In this document: in pieces, positions 35,400-48,949 of the stretch
Layout: each line of letters begins with the position of its first letter
How positions within the stretch are numbered: the first letter of the stretch is position 1
NCBI RefSeq assembly: GCF_016433145.1
Contig: NC_058136.1
Span: 19,414,854 to 19,478,853, forward strand
DNA from: Gracilinanus agilis
Lineage: Eukaryota
DNA length: 64,000 nucleotides
Direction of reading: 5' to 3'
Position numbers and translations under genes: made by a program
The notes under the pieces: model-generated
What the model saw: the letters and a program-made list of their open reading frames with translations, nothing else
The model's database searches: none
Told to the model about the DNA's origin: nothing

Positions 35400-36360
35400 C
35401 ATCAGCTTCACAAGACTACAAGAGAAACCACATCTTTACCATCCCTCGAGAGGTCTACTCCTCCCTGGCTGAGAGCCCATTGTGCCTATATTTGAAGCCA
35501 AAGTCCAGAAATCAATCTTCTTAGCCAGCTGTTCACTTCTCAAATGTGTTTAATCCCCTATTTTCTGTCACAAGTAGTGATGGAAGCACCACCTGCGACC
35601 CTCAAGTCTAGCTGTTTTTGCCCAGGCCTTCCTAATTCTTAGTCATCTCTGGTGACAGCCTCCCATGAATCATGAGAAGTGAGTGGTAGTCATCAGTTTG
35701 GACAAGTCTTGAGAGAGTTTCTGCCATATCCATAATACATGTTTTGGCGAGACAGTAGACCCTTCTACTATTTATGCCGGGTTGACATCTGCCTCAGTAA
35801 CTCTTGGGAGGAAGTCAGCAAGCACCACCTCTTCCCTTCTTCTTTTTGCCTCCTGCCTTGGAAGATAAGAAGCTGCTCCCTTCTGAAATGGGCCCCTGGG
35901 TTGCTCCCCTGCACCCTCTCACAGAAAATTAATTCTTATGAATCTGTTTAATGTTTCATTGCCTTCCCTTCCTTCTCTGTGTCATGTTCTTCAATCCTTC
36001 AGCCTCCTGTCACGTTCCTTACATTTGTTTTCATCTTCATTTTCTTTTCATGGCACTTATCACCCCCCACCTCCACCTCCCCCAACCCCCCCAAACACTC
36101 TATCCTCCCGGATAATCTGGAAAGAAGAAGATTCTCTCTCCTTGGATGGAGATCAACTCGCCATCTGTCCACTCATTGGTCTGACTTGGTATTGTCAGAA
36201 ACGCAAACATATCATGTTTTCTGCAGAACCAGCCATTCTTCTTGCCTTCGATACTTGCTGGTAGTTGGTTTTTCATTTCTTTCTCTTTGGTAGCTCTTTT
36301 GGTTAAACTCTGTGGCTACCTGCTATGGTCATCTGCCTTTCTGTCGTGACTGAGGTGATA
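35400..36360 (+). mobile_element. Highly decayed L2-like ORF2 fragment
   Basis: Pyrimidine-rich; WRSTRHLSTHWSDL resembles L2 WRKSHNRADWVHY; tagtcatctctggtgac reads LVISGD. Confidence 0.35.
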
Positions 36361-37176
36361 AGAGCTTAATCAATGGGGCCTCCCTAACAAGGCTTCGATT
36401 CACTTCAGGAAACACTTGTTAGATAACTACTATGTGCAAAACACTGTGCTAGAGACTGAGGTTTCAAAGATGAAAATGGGCCAGTCCCTGAGCTAAAGGA
36501 CTTTCCATTCCAAACTGGTTTAATTTATTTGGACAGCCTTCTCCCCTTTCCTCAGGTACTGCCCATTCTCATCACGCTGATGCTGATACATAGCAAACAT
36601 GCCTTGATCTACAAGGAGAGATCCCATTTGTTCCAGATATCTTCCTTCCTCTACTTTCCTGGCAGCTTCTTTTGTCTTATCTGTCTTTGCATCTCTGGAA
36701 GCCAAAGCAGTGCCTTGCACACAGAAGATGCTTAATTCATGTTTATTTTATTATTTTTTTATAAACCCTCACCTTCTGTCTTAGAATCAATATTGTATAT
36801 TGGTTCTAAGGCAGAAGAGTGGGAAGGGCTAGGCAATGGGGATCAAGTAACTTGCCCAGGGTCACTTAATTCATGTTTATTGAATGAATTAATGGATGTT
36901 CTTTTCCCCGTGGTTCTGACTCCAAGGCAAAGTCAGCAACAGGAACTGTCACTGGCTGAGAACCTTCCAAGAATCAAAATGGATAACCTCCCTGGTCAGA
37001 GGGACAAGGGAGGATTGTGGCTGGAACTGCCACGATAGTCATGTAAATACCACAGTCAGTGGTTATTGATAAGAGTATTGATCTGAAGGGCTGAAAGTAA
37101 GAGGAGAATAGATCTTTTGAAGCAGAGCTTGAGGAGCTGTGACCCTTGATACTGGTATACTAAGAGCAAATGGGTT

Positions 37177-37494
37177 GGGGGACAGTTGGTGACTCAGTGG
37201 ATTGAGAGCCAGGTGTAGAGACAGGAGGTCCTGGGTTCAAGTCTGACCTCAGATTCTACCTAGCTGGGTGACCCTGGGCAAGTCACTTAACTCCAATTGC
37301 CTAGCCCTTACTGCTCTTCTGCCTTGGAACCTATACACAGTATTGATTCTAAGATGGAAGGCTTAAAAAAAGTTTGTCTCCTTCTGCATCTTAAATTTAT
37401 CGCCTCTCCATGGGTATCTAGCCCTTACCTCTCTCTTGCCTTGGAACCAATACACACTACTGATTCCAAGATGGAAGGTAAGGGTTAAAAAAAA
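37177..37494 (+). mobile_element. SINE1-type SINE (37177-37372) followed by a second copy of the SINE tail (about 37417-37494)
   Basis: ctagcccttac...gccttggaacc...gatggaagg occurs twice about 130 bp apart. Confidence 0.8.
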
Positions 37495-38039
37495 GAGCTA
37501 ATAGGGAATGGCTCAGAAGGTACCATCAAGGATGCAGCTCTAAGTAGCTTGTGACACAACATCATCGCTGTCCATCTGTCTGTGCCTTAGACCTCAGGCA
37601 GCTTACGGTACAGTCTGCCTCACAAGATTTTTCTCCAGGAATGCACACAATGGAGGGGGACCCTACAGTCAAGAGACACACAGGAGAAGCCACCAAGGTA
37701 GCCAGAGTGTCTAGCATTTGTGGGTCGGTCTCCATGAATTCTTTCCTGGCTCAATGGCTGACGCTTAGTAGGTGTTTAATAAATGTTAATCGCCTAGCTG
37801 CTTCTGCTTTCCGTCCTTCTTTCCCAATCCCCTTAAAGCCTGCCAGCCCAACAGCCTTGGATTGTCTTGTTTTTGTCAGTCACTTGCAGGCAACTTCATG
37901 GGGAGAAAATAGCTGATGTCATGGTAAGGACAGCAGCTGCTACCTTCCTGCCCCCTGTAGCTCCGCTACCTTGAATCCCTGATTATGGTGGTGAGTGAAG
38001 AGGCATGATTCAGTGGTCGGGCGGAATAACTTGATATTG

Positions 38040-38400
38040 GATAATAGCAAGGATCTGTGTTCCATACAGTTCCTACAATTTACAGAACCATTTCCTAAGG
38101 GTACCTGCCTGGTTTTTTGCCTAACTGTGTGACGTTAGTTCTGCCTCTCCTAATAGAAAACAGCTCCCCCTCCTCATGTTCCACCCGCAGAATTATTCTT
38201 TAAAGAAATGGTTTTTTCCCTCAGCAGCGGAAGACAGTCTGTAATCAGAATCAATGTCAAAAGTTTCCCTGCTAACTTAGATAGTTTAACATTCATTCTT
38301 TGCACGCACACAGGTAATCCTTTGATCAGAGACCGAAGTCCCAGGTCCAGCTTCTTAACAGTCATAATTCTTGTCACCCTCCCACTGGCGATGACTCAAA
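38040..38400 (-). mobile_element. Possible CR1/L3 endonuclease-region fragment
   Basis: Degenerate GDF, GKLLTL...NHF and GGAVF motifs resembling CR1 EN; many stops. Confidence 0.3.
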
Positions 38401-38497
38401 TGCCTTCACCCTACCTAAGAGGACTGGGGGCGGGAGGTGGAGGGGGGGGTGGACATGGACAGCAGCTGTCTTCTGAAGAGGATCCAGATCTCTGTTG

Positions 38498-38660
38498 TTT
38501 TTAAACTCTTGCCTTCTGTCTTCATATCAATTCTAAGAAAGAAGAGGGCCAAGGGCTAGCAATTGGAGTTAAATGACTTGCCCAGGGACACACAGTGAGG
38601 AAGTGTCTGAGGCCCTCCTGACTTAGAGCCTGGTGCTCTATCCACTGCGCTACCTAACTG
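38498..38660 (-). mobile_element. SINE1-type SINE
   Basis: ttttaaactcttgccttctgtc...gagttaaatgacttgcccagggacacacag...tatccactgcgctacctaactgc. Confidence 0.75.
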
Positions 38661-39319
38661 CAGGTCTGTTAATGCCTGCTGATTTGGGGCAAGTCCCTCC
38701 CCCTCTCTGGGTCTTGATGTCTGTAAAATAAGGGGTCTGGATTTGACAAACATCCTTTCCATTGCACTTGGCATGCTGGTGCTGCTCAATTCTTGCCTGT
38801 TAGTCTAAAAGCATCCCAAACTGTCACTGCCTCACTTTTCTTTTTGTGTTTTTCTTTTTAACCAGAAACATTTACGCACGACTTCTCAGCTCTGTCCTTG
38901 CTTGCGGTTACCACAAAGCTACCTCCGTCATGCCTGAACGATTGCAATGGTTTCTCAGTGGCCTCTCTGCCTCCCAAATATTCTCCGAGCAATGGAGAGG
39001 GAGTGTGACTATAATGAGAGACACCGTGGGCCACTGGACCTCCCTTGTTTGATCCTCTTTCTCCTCCTTCTCCTCCTTCTGCCAACATCATGTAGACATC
39101 CTCCAAAACTCTGTCCAGGCCCTCTTCTATTCCTCCTGAGTAAAACTCTAGGGTGGGGAGTATGAAGCAAACCAAAAGAAACAAGCCTTTAGGGGGAGGC
39201 CGCTAGGATTAGGCCAAGTGAGACACATGTGACAATGTATTAGACACCTACTATGTGCAAGGCACAGAGCTAGGTGCTTCACATACATAGACTAAAACAA
39301 AACAGCTTCCGGTATTTCT

Positions 39320-39500
39320 TATTGTTCAGTTCTTTTTCATCCATGCCCAATTCTTTGTGATCTCACTTGGGATTTTCTTGGCAAAGATACCTGAGTGGCT
39401 TGCCATTTCCTTCTCCAGCTCCTTTTACAGATGAGGAAACTAAGGTAAGTAGGGTTAAGTGACTTGTCCAGGGTCATACAGTCACCCACTGTCTTGGAAT
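39320..39500 (-). mobile_element. MAR1-type SINE
   Basis: gggattttcttggcaaagatacctgagtggcttgccatttccttctccagctccttttacagatgaggaaact. Confidence 0.8.
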
Positions 39501-40504
39501 CAGATTTGATTGCTGGTAGCCAGTTCGTAAGAGAATGCAGGACAGCTCTGATTAGTCTCATTATAAAACATTTGTTGAAGTGAATTAAATTGAAAAGCAC
39601 GCTGGATTGAGTCAGAAGAACTGGCAATTCTAGTTCCTGTCAATAATTAGCTGTGTGGACTTAGATAAGTTACTTTCTCTCTCTGAGCCTCAATTTCTAC
39701 ATCTGTAAAATGGGATCTTGAGGGGAGGGGAATTCTAATCCTAGAAACTCAAGACTTACTTCTCCCATGTACACAACTCAGTCATACCAATAACAACTCA
39801 TGCTACTCTTTATTCTCTCCCCTTCCTGATTTTCAGCACTTTTGTGTATGTGTTTGAACATCACAGATACATACATACACACATATATGTACTCATGCAC
39901 ACACACATATTTGCTTTCAGGGTTTGATTCTTTATGTTTTATTTTTATTATTCCTATTTATTCATTGCCTTCCCATCCTTCCCATTAGATCGTAAGTTCC
40001 AGATTCCTCCAGGTCCACAGAAAGGAACACCAACAGGAGCTAACTGATAGTTATTACAACCCTCCATGCTTCAGAAGGTGGCTTATGAACGACTATGGTC
40101 CAAAAAAATCTACTATCTGATGGTCTCAAGACTAGACAAAGCGGCCCATTGACCTGGACTTTCTGGATCTCAGTTTTCTGCTCTGTGAAATAAATAGGGC
40201 TGCTGTGGAGAACCTCTGAGCTCCCCTTTATTTTTCACATTCTATGGTCCCATAAGCCACTTTTCCAGGAACATGTGAGACACAGACTTCTAGAGAAGGA
40301 TGGAAATCAGGCAGGCCATTTGACAGTCATTAGGAGCATCAGCCCTCAGAGTGAGGCTCCAAGAAAGCTCTCCCAGCCCTGGGAGTTGGGCTGGTACAAG
40401 AGGACTGGCAAGGTGTAGGCTTCCTGAGGAATTCCTGGTGAGACTGCATGTGATTTCTGGACCAAGCAAGCTACACCCACTCGCCTGCCTCTGTACAAGC
40501 TTGG

Positions 40505-40905
40505 ATTTGATTTGATTTGGTTGCCAATTTCATGTAATAACAAATTTCCACCTAAGTTTTCCCAAGTTACATGATCCAAATAGTCTCCCTCCCTCTCCTC
40601 TCTCCCCATTCCCAGAGCTGGCAAATAATTCGATCTGGGTTATTCACATATGATCACGTAAAACATATTTCCATATTGTTCATTTTGGGGAGAGAAAAAA
40701 TCTTATGAAACCAAAACACCCAAACATAAAACCAAATAAACAAGTGATAAATCATACGCTTTGATCTGCATTCTGACAGTTCTCTCTCTGGAGGTGGATA
40801 GCGTTCTTTCTCATAAGTCCCTCAGAATTGTCCTGGATCATTGCATTGCTGAGAGTAGCAAAGTCTATCCCAGTCGATCATTTCATAATATTGCTGTTAC
40901 TGTTG
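40505..40905 (-). mobile_element. L1 3' end
   Basis: aacaaatttccacctaagttttcccaagttacatgatccaaat...ttctctctctggaggtggatagc. Confidence 0.88.
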
Positions 40906-43429
40906 TACAGGCATTTATTAACCATCTACTTTGTGCTCTCTTCCACCCCAGGCTGAAAGCCATGTGTAGAAAAAGTTCTGAGGAAGTAGATTTTGGCTCC
41001 ATGCAGGAAAAACTTTCCAATAATTAGAGCTGATTCAAAGTGAAATGGTGAGTTCCCTACCTGAAACAGTCAGTGCATAAGGCACTGGGCCTCTAATCAG
41101 GAAGACCCGAATTCAGATCCAGCTCCAAACACTTACTAGCCAGGATGACCCTGGTCAAGTCTTGTAACCTCTGCCTCAGTTTATCCATCTGCCAAATGGG
41201 AGTAACAATAGCATCTACCTCCCAAGCTGGTGGTCATGAGGATCAGATGGGATATTTGTAAAGTGCTTAGCACAGCTCCTGGAACCAAGTAGGTGCTTAA
41301 TAAATGCTTGTCTCCTTCCTTCCTTCCATTAATAGAGGCTTCAGGTAGGGATTGGATGGCTCATTTTCAAGGAAGCTGTAGAGAGCATTCCTTTTCAGGC
41401 TGAGGTTAGGCCAGAGGTTGAGCTCCTTTCCGACACTGAATGGCTTTCTGAAATGCACTGTACATGGCACTGAGTGACTAAGTTAAGACTGAGTTGCCAC
41501 TCTTTTGGTAGTTATAGCCTAGTAGGGGATATGAGGCACTGACAGATGTGAATGTGCTAACAGTGATACCTAAGCCAAGTATAGCACACGACCCCATATG
41601 GAGGAATTTGAGCTCCTGGGACAAAGTCAGGTAATTGGGGTGAGGGAGAAGATAATACCGCCATGGGATAGAAAGTTGGACCCTTGCTCCTGGGGGAGCT
41701 GGGGAGAGGGATGCTGTGGCTCTAAGACCTGGGAAGGGGTGTCCTAAAGCAGTCATGGTAAGCAGCGGCATGGGCCTGCAGAGAACTGTGAGACGAAGAA
41801 TAGGGACCATGGTCACCGTGGAATGGAAGCTCCCCTTCCTCCCCCACTATATTAGCAACTGGAGCCAAATTTTGTTTGCCTCAAACTAGGTCTGGTAATG
41901 TGCTATGAAACCTGATTATGGAGATGGCTTTTCGCTAGGACATGAGGAGTGAGGGAGGGCTCTTAGTCTTCTTAATAAATCCCAGTTTTCTTTGGCATGA
42001 ATAGCACTTTCCAGGCGCTGTAACCCAATTCCCATGTGGTGTGTTGTTCAGCCTGTGTGATGACAATACCTGAAATACAATCTCAATCTTTGAGCAGGAA
42101 TTATGCAGTTTAATAACACGAAGTAAAGGCAGCAGATTCAGAATTGGTATTTCCAAGGGAGTTGTTTCCCTGACAATTTTCTCCAGACACATATGGTTGG
42201 ATCAACTGCGTATAATCTAAAAAAAAAAAACAACCCACACCTTCATTTCTGAATGCCTTCTTTCTTAGTCGTCAAACTTACTATGGAATAAAATATTGTG
42301 ATAATTGCTTTTTAATACAATAAAAGACCGGAACCTCTCCCCATGACAGAAAAATGAGGAAATATAATGGAATGGTGTCTTGGAAGCTTTCTAATTCCAA
42401 AATATCAAATGAGAGAGGGGCTCATTTATTCACTGAGGTTTCCTGCCAGAGTCACTCCTACACAGCAATTAGTGGGGGAGATGAACATTTCAGAGTTAGC
42501 TAGAACTAGTTGGTAGGGGATCCATTTTGACAATGGGAAGGGTTAATTACTTCAACCTCAACCTCAGTTACTGCTGCTTTTTAGCTTGGAAAGGTTAACT
42601 AGCTTGAGCAAGAGATAAGCGTTGAAAGAGTCCAACATAGTCACGTGCACATTTCTATTAATTATGAGCCAGCTAAACAGACGTGATTCTTCAGAATTTT
42701 CACTTATTGATGAGTGGGGGCAGTGAGAAGGGAACTGGATTGGGAATCAGAAAGACCCAAGTTTGATGACTGGTCTTTTACATCTTCAGCAAATCTCTCT
42801 CTAAGCATCAATTTCCTTCTCTATAAAACGGAAGTGTTGGGCTAAGCGACCTCTAAGATGCCTACCCATGAGCAGTCACACCGTAGATGTGGGCCATTGG
42901 TCGCCAGGGGGAATGGGCGAAAGAGAGAGGAGAGCTTAATAAAGACGTGAGCTCTCCACAAAGCAAACTCGACACAGCGCACCATTTCAGCTCTTGGGTG
43001 TCTGAAGGGAGCAGGGCCCTAGGGGATCGACAGACAATTTGTCTCAGCAGGGTCAATGCCTCCATTCCTGTATTGCTCTAGCTATAGTTTAGACTCTGGA
43101 CTCCTGCTGCTACTGCTTGTTCCTTTAGGGTTGGTCATAGCTCAAACCAATATAGGTGCTTTCAGTGATTTGAACTCTTCAAGGATCTGTGGCTTTGCTT
43201 GGTGTAATCCTTCTGCCAATATAGATCGCAAACCCTCTACAATTTGGGAGATGGTCTTTAAGAGTTGTTTAATTCCTCAGCAACCCATTGGTGAGAAACT
43301 TCTTTCTTACACATCTCATGGCATGAAAAAGTCAAGTGACTTGTCTAGGGTCATATAGTTGGTATGTGGTAGGGGCGGGACTTGAGCCCAGGTCTTCCTG
43401 ACCCTGAGGCTTGCCCCCTACCCACGTCA

Positions 43430-44394
43430 TCATGCTTCTCTTCTATCATCATCTTCTTCCTCATTGTCACTGTTATCGTTTTCATCACCATCCTCATTAG
43501 TCATCTCACTCTTCTCCTGTTCAATGTACTTCAGATAGAAATGGTCCCTAGGACCGGTCACTACCTAGTTGTCATACTGTGCTCTTATCCTCCTCTTACA
43601 TTTAACGTTCTGTGGGCTATCGCATGGGGGGACAGAAAGAGCTGGGTTTTTAGAACTAAATAAAAATGTTGGGATGCAAGTTCATCTGAAGATTTATCGA
43701 AAGCATTTCCAGGAGGACTAGTGTGGCCGACAGGCAGACGGCGGGGGACGGGGACTGTTCTTACATGACTTTGATTTGTTCTGCTAGGCACTAGGTTTGG
43801 ACAGGCTTCCTCCTTCTATGTAGCTTCAAGATAATGAATATCTGCCATAGTGATATCTAGTCAAAATGTCGTTCTTCAGTTTTATGGCTCCGAGTTATGG
43901 CCAGGCTCTTGTGGGTAGCAATTCTGAATGGGCTAAAAAGCTCGTTTCAGTGCTGTGTATTTGCTGACGTCTTCAGGATACGACGAGATCTCTACTTCAT
44001 AGGCACGGAGTTATTTGCATGTTGTCTCCCTCATCCAGATATGTGCTCCTCGGGGAAAGGGGCCTGGATTTTTGCCTTTGTAGGCTCAGGGCTTTGGAAA
44101 GAAGCGGTTTTCTGTTAGCTCCGAGACAGTGAGCTGCTGCTGATTCATTCTAGCCACCAGGAGGTGTCTTGCTACATATTCGGTAGGTGCTGAATTGTTG
44201 CATCCTGGAGTGGCGTGGTTCCTAGGGTTTCCTTTCATAATCTGTATTGACCAATGTGTCTGGATTCCTTCAGTAATTTCTAGTGCCAATGGCACGGTCA
44301 TGATTTGGCCATCTGTTCAAGGTTGTTGACATATTGTTGGTAGAGTTCATGTGGATGTGGCCCATGGGAGCCTTTAGTCATTTTATAGTCTGTT
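43430..44394 (-). mobile_element. Dong/R4 non-LTR retrotransposon fossil, 3' part (zinc-knuckle region, restriction-like endonuclease, degenerate TGA/TAA tail)
   Basis: Minus-strand TKGSHGPHPHELYQQYVN (KxLHG), LEITEGIQ (PETEG..AIQ), HATPGCNNSAPTEYVARHLLVARMNQQQL, LDITMADIHYL, VRTVPV, HFYLVLKTQLFLSPHAIAHRTLN. Degenerate (CAT/CTT)n at 43430-43510. Confidence 0.85.
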
Positions 44395-44410
44395 TAGAAG
44401 TAAACTGCTT

Positions 44411-44597
44411 AGTAGGGGGCAGCTGGGTGGCTCAGTGGATTGAGAGTCAGGCCTAGAGATGGGAGGTCCTAGGTTCAAATCCTGCCTCAGACACTTCCTG
44501 GCTGTGTGACCCTGGGCAAGTCACTTGACCCCCATTGGCCACCCTTACCACTCTTCCACCAAGGAGCCAATACACAGAAGTGAAGGGTTTAAAAAAA
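44411..44597 (+). mobile_element. Young short-form SINE1 inserted in the R4 fossil
   Basis: 16-bp TSD tagaagtaaactgctt (44395-44410 and 44598-44613). Confidence 0.93.
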
Positions 44598-44639
44598 TAG
44601 AAGTAAACTGCTTTTGGTCACATTTAACATGAATTTATT

Positions 44640-46545
44640 ATATGCTCATCTCTAGCGGGTCGCCCCCTGTGTCACACCCAGTCTCTCACTTATCTTCAAT
44701 CCCTCCCTGTCTACAAGCTGTTTCCCAACTCCTCCATCCTCAATAAACCCTCAAATGATTTTTCCATCCCTACTAGCTGTTGTCCTATATCTCCTCCATT
44801 TTATGGCTATGCCACATGGGAAGGTCAGCTACAATCAATGCCTCCACTTCCTTTCCTCTCTCTTCTTGAATCTCTATAGTCTGGCTTCTGCCCTCACCAT
44901 TCAACAAAAACTACCCTCTCCAAAGTTAGCCATGATCTCTTTGTTGCCTTTTTCAATTTCATCCTACTTGGCCTCTCTGAAGTCTTTGGCACTGTTAAAA
45001 ACAAAAGCCCTTCTTCTCCTTGATACCCTCTTCTTTTTTTATTGAAAATTTTTATTTAATTGATTTAGAATATTTTTCCATGGTTCCATGATTCATGTTC
45101 TTTCCCTTCCTCCCCCCTCCATAGCCAATGAGTAATTCCCCTGGGTTTTACATATGTCGTTGTTGATACCCTCTTCTATCTAGGTTTCCATGACATTACC
45201 CCCTCCTGGGTCTCTTCCTACCTGTCTGACTGCTTTTTCTCAGTTTCCTTTGAGGGATCATCATTCAGGTCATGTTTACTAATGGTAAGCATCTCAAAAG
45301 ATTCTATCTTGGGCCCTCTTCTTCCTCTATACTATTTTTAGACCCTTACCTTCTGTCTTAGAATCGATGCTAAGTTGCAGTTCCAAGGCAGAAGAGTGAT
45401 AAGGGCCAGGCAATTAGGGTGAAGTGACTTGCCCAGGGTCACACAGCTAGGAAGGATCTGCGGCCAGATTTAAACCCAGGTCCTCCTGACTCCAGGACTG
45501 GCTCTCTACCCACTGGACCGCCTAGCTGCCCCACCTATTTCAATTAATGGTCTCATAATCTCTTCAGGTCCAATGCTGATATTTCTCAATCTCCTTATCT
45601 ACCTTTAACCTCTCTTATAACATCCAGGCTCTTCAACATCTTCAGTTGCCTGTTAGACATCTCAGATTGGATATGCTATGGACAGCTTAAACTATTCAAA
45701 AATGGACTCATTATATTCTTCCCCAAATCCTCCCCATCTCTAAGTTCCCCGTTTTTGTCAAGGGCACCAATCACCCCAGCCAGCCAGATTTACAACCTTG
45801 CATCCTCAGCTCCTCACTCTTTTTCAGCCTCTATGTCTAACATCTACTTTGTTGCCCAATTCTCCCATCTCTCGTGTATACCTTCTTCTCTCCTCTCATA
45901 TTGACTCCACCATGATCCAGGCCCTCATTACTTTACACCAGGGCCGTTTTCTTTTCTTTCTTTTTTGGGGAGTCTGCTCCAATAACCTGTTGCTGGTACT
46001 TCCTACCCCTTGTCTCTTAAAATTCCAGTGGATCCCTATTGCCTCTAGAAGAAAATATAAAATCCTGTGTTTCGCATTCAGAGCCCTTTACAACGTGACC
46101 CTCTCCTACCTTTCCAGTCTTCTTAAACTTTACTATCTCCCCTTTCCCCCCCACTTACTCTGTGATCCAGTGACACTGGCTTTCTTGCTGCTCTTTAAAC
46201 AAGAAACTCCATCTCTGGACTCTGGGCATTTTGACAGACTGACCTCCGTTCCTGGAATGTTCTTCCTTTTCCTCTCCATCTCGTAGCTTCCCTGGCTTCT
46301 TTCAAATCCCAGCTGAGAAACTCTTCTTCTACAGAAAGCCCCTCCTGGTCCTCCTCAATGCTGGTGGCTTCCTTCCGTTGATTATTTCCGTTGATTATCC
46401 CGTATACAGCTTGCTTCTATGTGTTTGTTTATATGTTGTCTTCCATTAGACTGGAAGCTTTTGAGGGCAGAGATTATCTTTTGCCTCTCTTTGAATCCCC
46501 AGTGCTTACTTAGCACAGTGCCTGGCACATAGCGGGTGCTTAATA
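44640..46545 (+). mobile_element. L2 (about 1.9 kb) nested in the R4 fossil, itself carrying an L1 tip and a SINE (45335-45532)
   Basis: L2 RT/3' motifs (ctctccaaagttagccatgatctc; agtggatccctattgcctctagaagaaaatataaaatcc; cttagcacagtgcctggcacatagcgggtgcttaataaatgct). Confidence 0.85.
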
Positions 46546-46996
46546 AATGCTTCTTGACATTTTTTTTAAAACCCTCACCTTCCATCTTGGAGTCAATGCT
46601 GTGTATTGGCTCCAAGGCAGAAGAGTGGGAAGGGCTAGGCAATGGGGGTGAAGTGACTTGCCCAGGGTCACCCAGCTGGGAAGTGTCTGAGGCCAGATTT
46701 GAACCCAGGACTTCCTGTCTCTAGGCCTGGCTCTCAATCCACTGAGCTACCCAGCTGGCCCCGTGCTTCTNAATGCTTCTTGACATTTTTTTTAAAACCC
46801 TCACCTTCCATCTTGGAGTCAATGCTGTGTATTGGCTCCAAGGCAGAAGAGTGGGAAGGGCTAGGCAATGGGGGTGAAGTGACTTGCCCAGGGTCACCCA
46901 GCTGGGAAGTGTCTGAGGCCAGATTTGAACCCAGGACCTCCTGTCTCTAGGCCTGGCTCTCAATCCACTGAGCTACCCAGCTGGCCCCGTGCTTCT
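46546..46996 (-). repeat. 226-bp direct duplication of a SINE1-type SINE joined by a single N
   Basis: 46546-46770 and 46772-46996 differ at one position; outer TSD tgcttcttgac (46548-46558 and 46990-47000). Confidence 0.95.
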
Positions 46997-47041
46997 TGAC
47001 TTTTATTATTAGTATTTGATTTTATTAGTATTCACTATTAC

Positions 47042-48265
47042 TCAGTAAAGTGATAGCTGTTTATTCCAAAAATATTTCTGTAAGTTTTTAACCCTCCTAA
47101 TCATTTCCTCAGAGACTATCAATCCTCGTCCTTCTTTTGGATGAGGGAGTATTGGTCTTTCCATGGCATCCTTAGGGTAATGGGCCTCATGTTTCATTAA
47201 TAGTGTGTGGGTTTCTGCTTGGATACTTTCCAAATCTGTTTTGGTCCATTCTACAAATCTGAAAGTATATATTTTGACTGCTGCTGCACAAGTGTTAATT
47301 GCTTTGAATGTGTTCTCCCCGTTGAATTTTGATTCCAAGATGCCAGCGAGTCTCTTGAAATACACAGTCGTGGCTTTCTTCCTGTTATCTTTATGCTTAA
47401 TGTCTCCTCTGGAGGAGACCACAGTATGTGTAAGAATCCCCTTCGTTCCTTGGTTCAATTTGACTTCCAAATTCAAGTTTAAGACGCAGGCAGAAAGTCA
47501 GGAGACACAGAAATTTGAATCTTCCCCATTGGGTGGCTTTTGACCACTAGCATAATTTCTGTGCCTCCATTTATGTCCACAATTTGGAAAATATGGATAA
47601 TTATGCTTCATGGAAGAGAATTAATACAAATAAAGTCAATAAGATACAAAATTCAAGTTTAAAACTGTTAGCCTACATGTTCCCTTGGAATACATTAAAC
47701 ATTTTCTCCTTACTGAGTCCAAATGACATTTTCATATCACTGGAGAAAGATTGCACGGGATGGAGAGGCTTTTCACTGTGTTTTTTCTGGTGAAGCCGAA
47801 TAACTTGGAGTCATCCATGAACATCGAGTGATTAATATGCCGGTTAGGTACAGCACAGACTCCTTTGACTCAGAAACCAGACTCAGTTCTATTTGAGACA
47901 ACGATGGTTTAAAGCTAGGAAAAACCTTAAGTGATTTAAATTGTTTTCTTGAAAATGCCGCATTTGTTAGTGATGGTTCCTAACATTACCATATTGGTGT
48001 TATCTTTTAAAGAGAAAACAATTTTCCATATGCACATGAAATACTCTAATGTCCTTACTATACTCATGGCTATTTTATGTATTTGCAATACAGGAACAGG
48101 CCACAAGTGTGGAGCTGAGCCAGAGGCTCAAAGGCTTTAACGCTGATAAACAGTAAAGGCAGTATAAATAGTATGGCACTTTAGGACAGCTTGTTTAATA
48201 ATTCCTAACTTGAAAATAAAGATGCTCTTTATACCTCTGGGTCATTCGGGGAAAAAAACGCAATT
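47042..48265 (-). mobile_element. Dong/R4 fossil, reverse transcriptase core and thumb
   Basis: In order on the minus strand: IIKQAV..IYTAFTVY/KAFE, SAPHLW..LQIHKI, IVRTLEYFMCIWK, TNKCGIF/Q..L.HLRFFLALN, HINHSMFMDDSKLF (FMDD at 47810-47821), FSSDMKMSFGLSK, EGDSYTYCG, YFKRLAGILESKFNGENTFKAINTCA...ERPILPHPKEGRGL. Confidence 0.92.
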
Positions 48266-48900
48266 CTTCCCTCTTTGAATCCATATTATGTCTTGGTTCC
48301 AAGACAGAAGAGCGGTAAGGGCTAGGCAATGGGGATGAAGTGACTTGCGCAGGGTCACACAGCTAAGAAGTGTCTGAAGTCACATTTGAAGCCAGGACTT
48401 CCCATCTCTAGGCCTGGCTCTCAATCCACTGAGCTACCCAGCCACCCCTCAGATCTTTATGGCATGTTTTTATAGATTTGTTTAAGGTACTATGATTTTT
48501 TGATGTAATCAAGGTCATTCATTTTTACATTTTATAATGTTCTCTCTCTCTTGCTTGGTCTTAAATTCCTTCCTTTCCCTCAGATCTGACGGTATCCTAT
48601 TCTATGTTCACTTAATTTATTTATGATTTCACTCTTTATATTTAATTCATTCATCCATTTTGAATTTATCTTGGTGTAGGGTGTGAGATGCTGATCTAAA
48701 TCTCTCCCACACTATTTTCCGATTTTCCCAGCACTTTTTGTCAGATAGTGAGTTCTTGTCCCCAAAGCTGGGCTCTTTGGGTTTATCACACACTAGCTTG
48801 CTGAGGTCATTTACCCCATGTCTATTCCATCGGTCCACCCTTCGGTGCTATTATTTTTTAAAAAATGATTTTTTTTTCAGATTACATGTTGGTACAATCA
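48266..48900 (-). mobile_element. SINE1-type SINE (48266-48448) and L1 ORF2 fragment (about 48455-48840) nested in the R4 fossil
   Basis: SINE tail and CORE; MDRWNRHGVNDLSKLVCDKPKEPSF is L1 ORF2. Confidence 0.85.
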
Positions 48901-48949
48901 CTTTCTTAAATTTTGCAATCTGTGTTCTCTCCCTCCCTCCAACCTCTCC

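Noticed and set aside
42899-42915. CTCF-like GGTCGCCAGGGGGAA
   Set aside because: Single imperfect match with no other support.
45798-46286. 162-aa plus-strand ORF
   Set aside because: Lies within the L2 3' region; hydrophobic by composition, not a gene.
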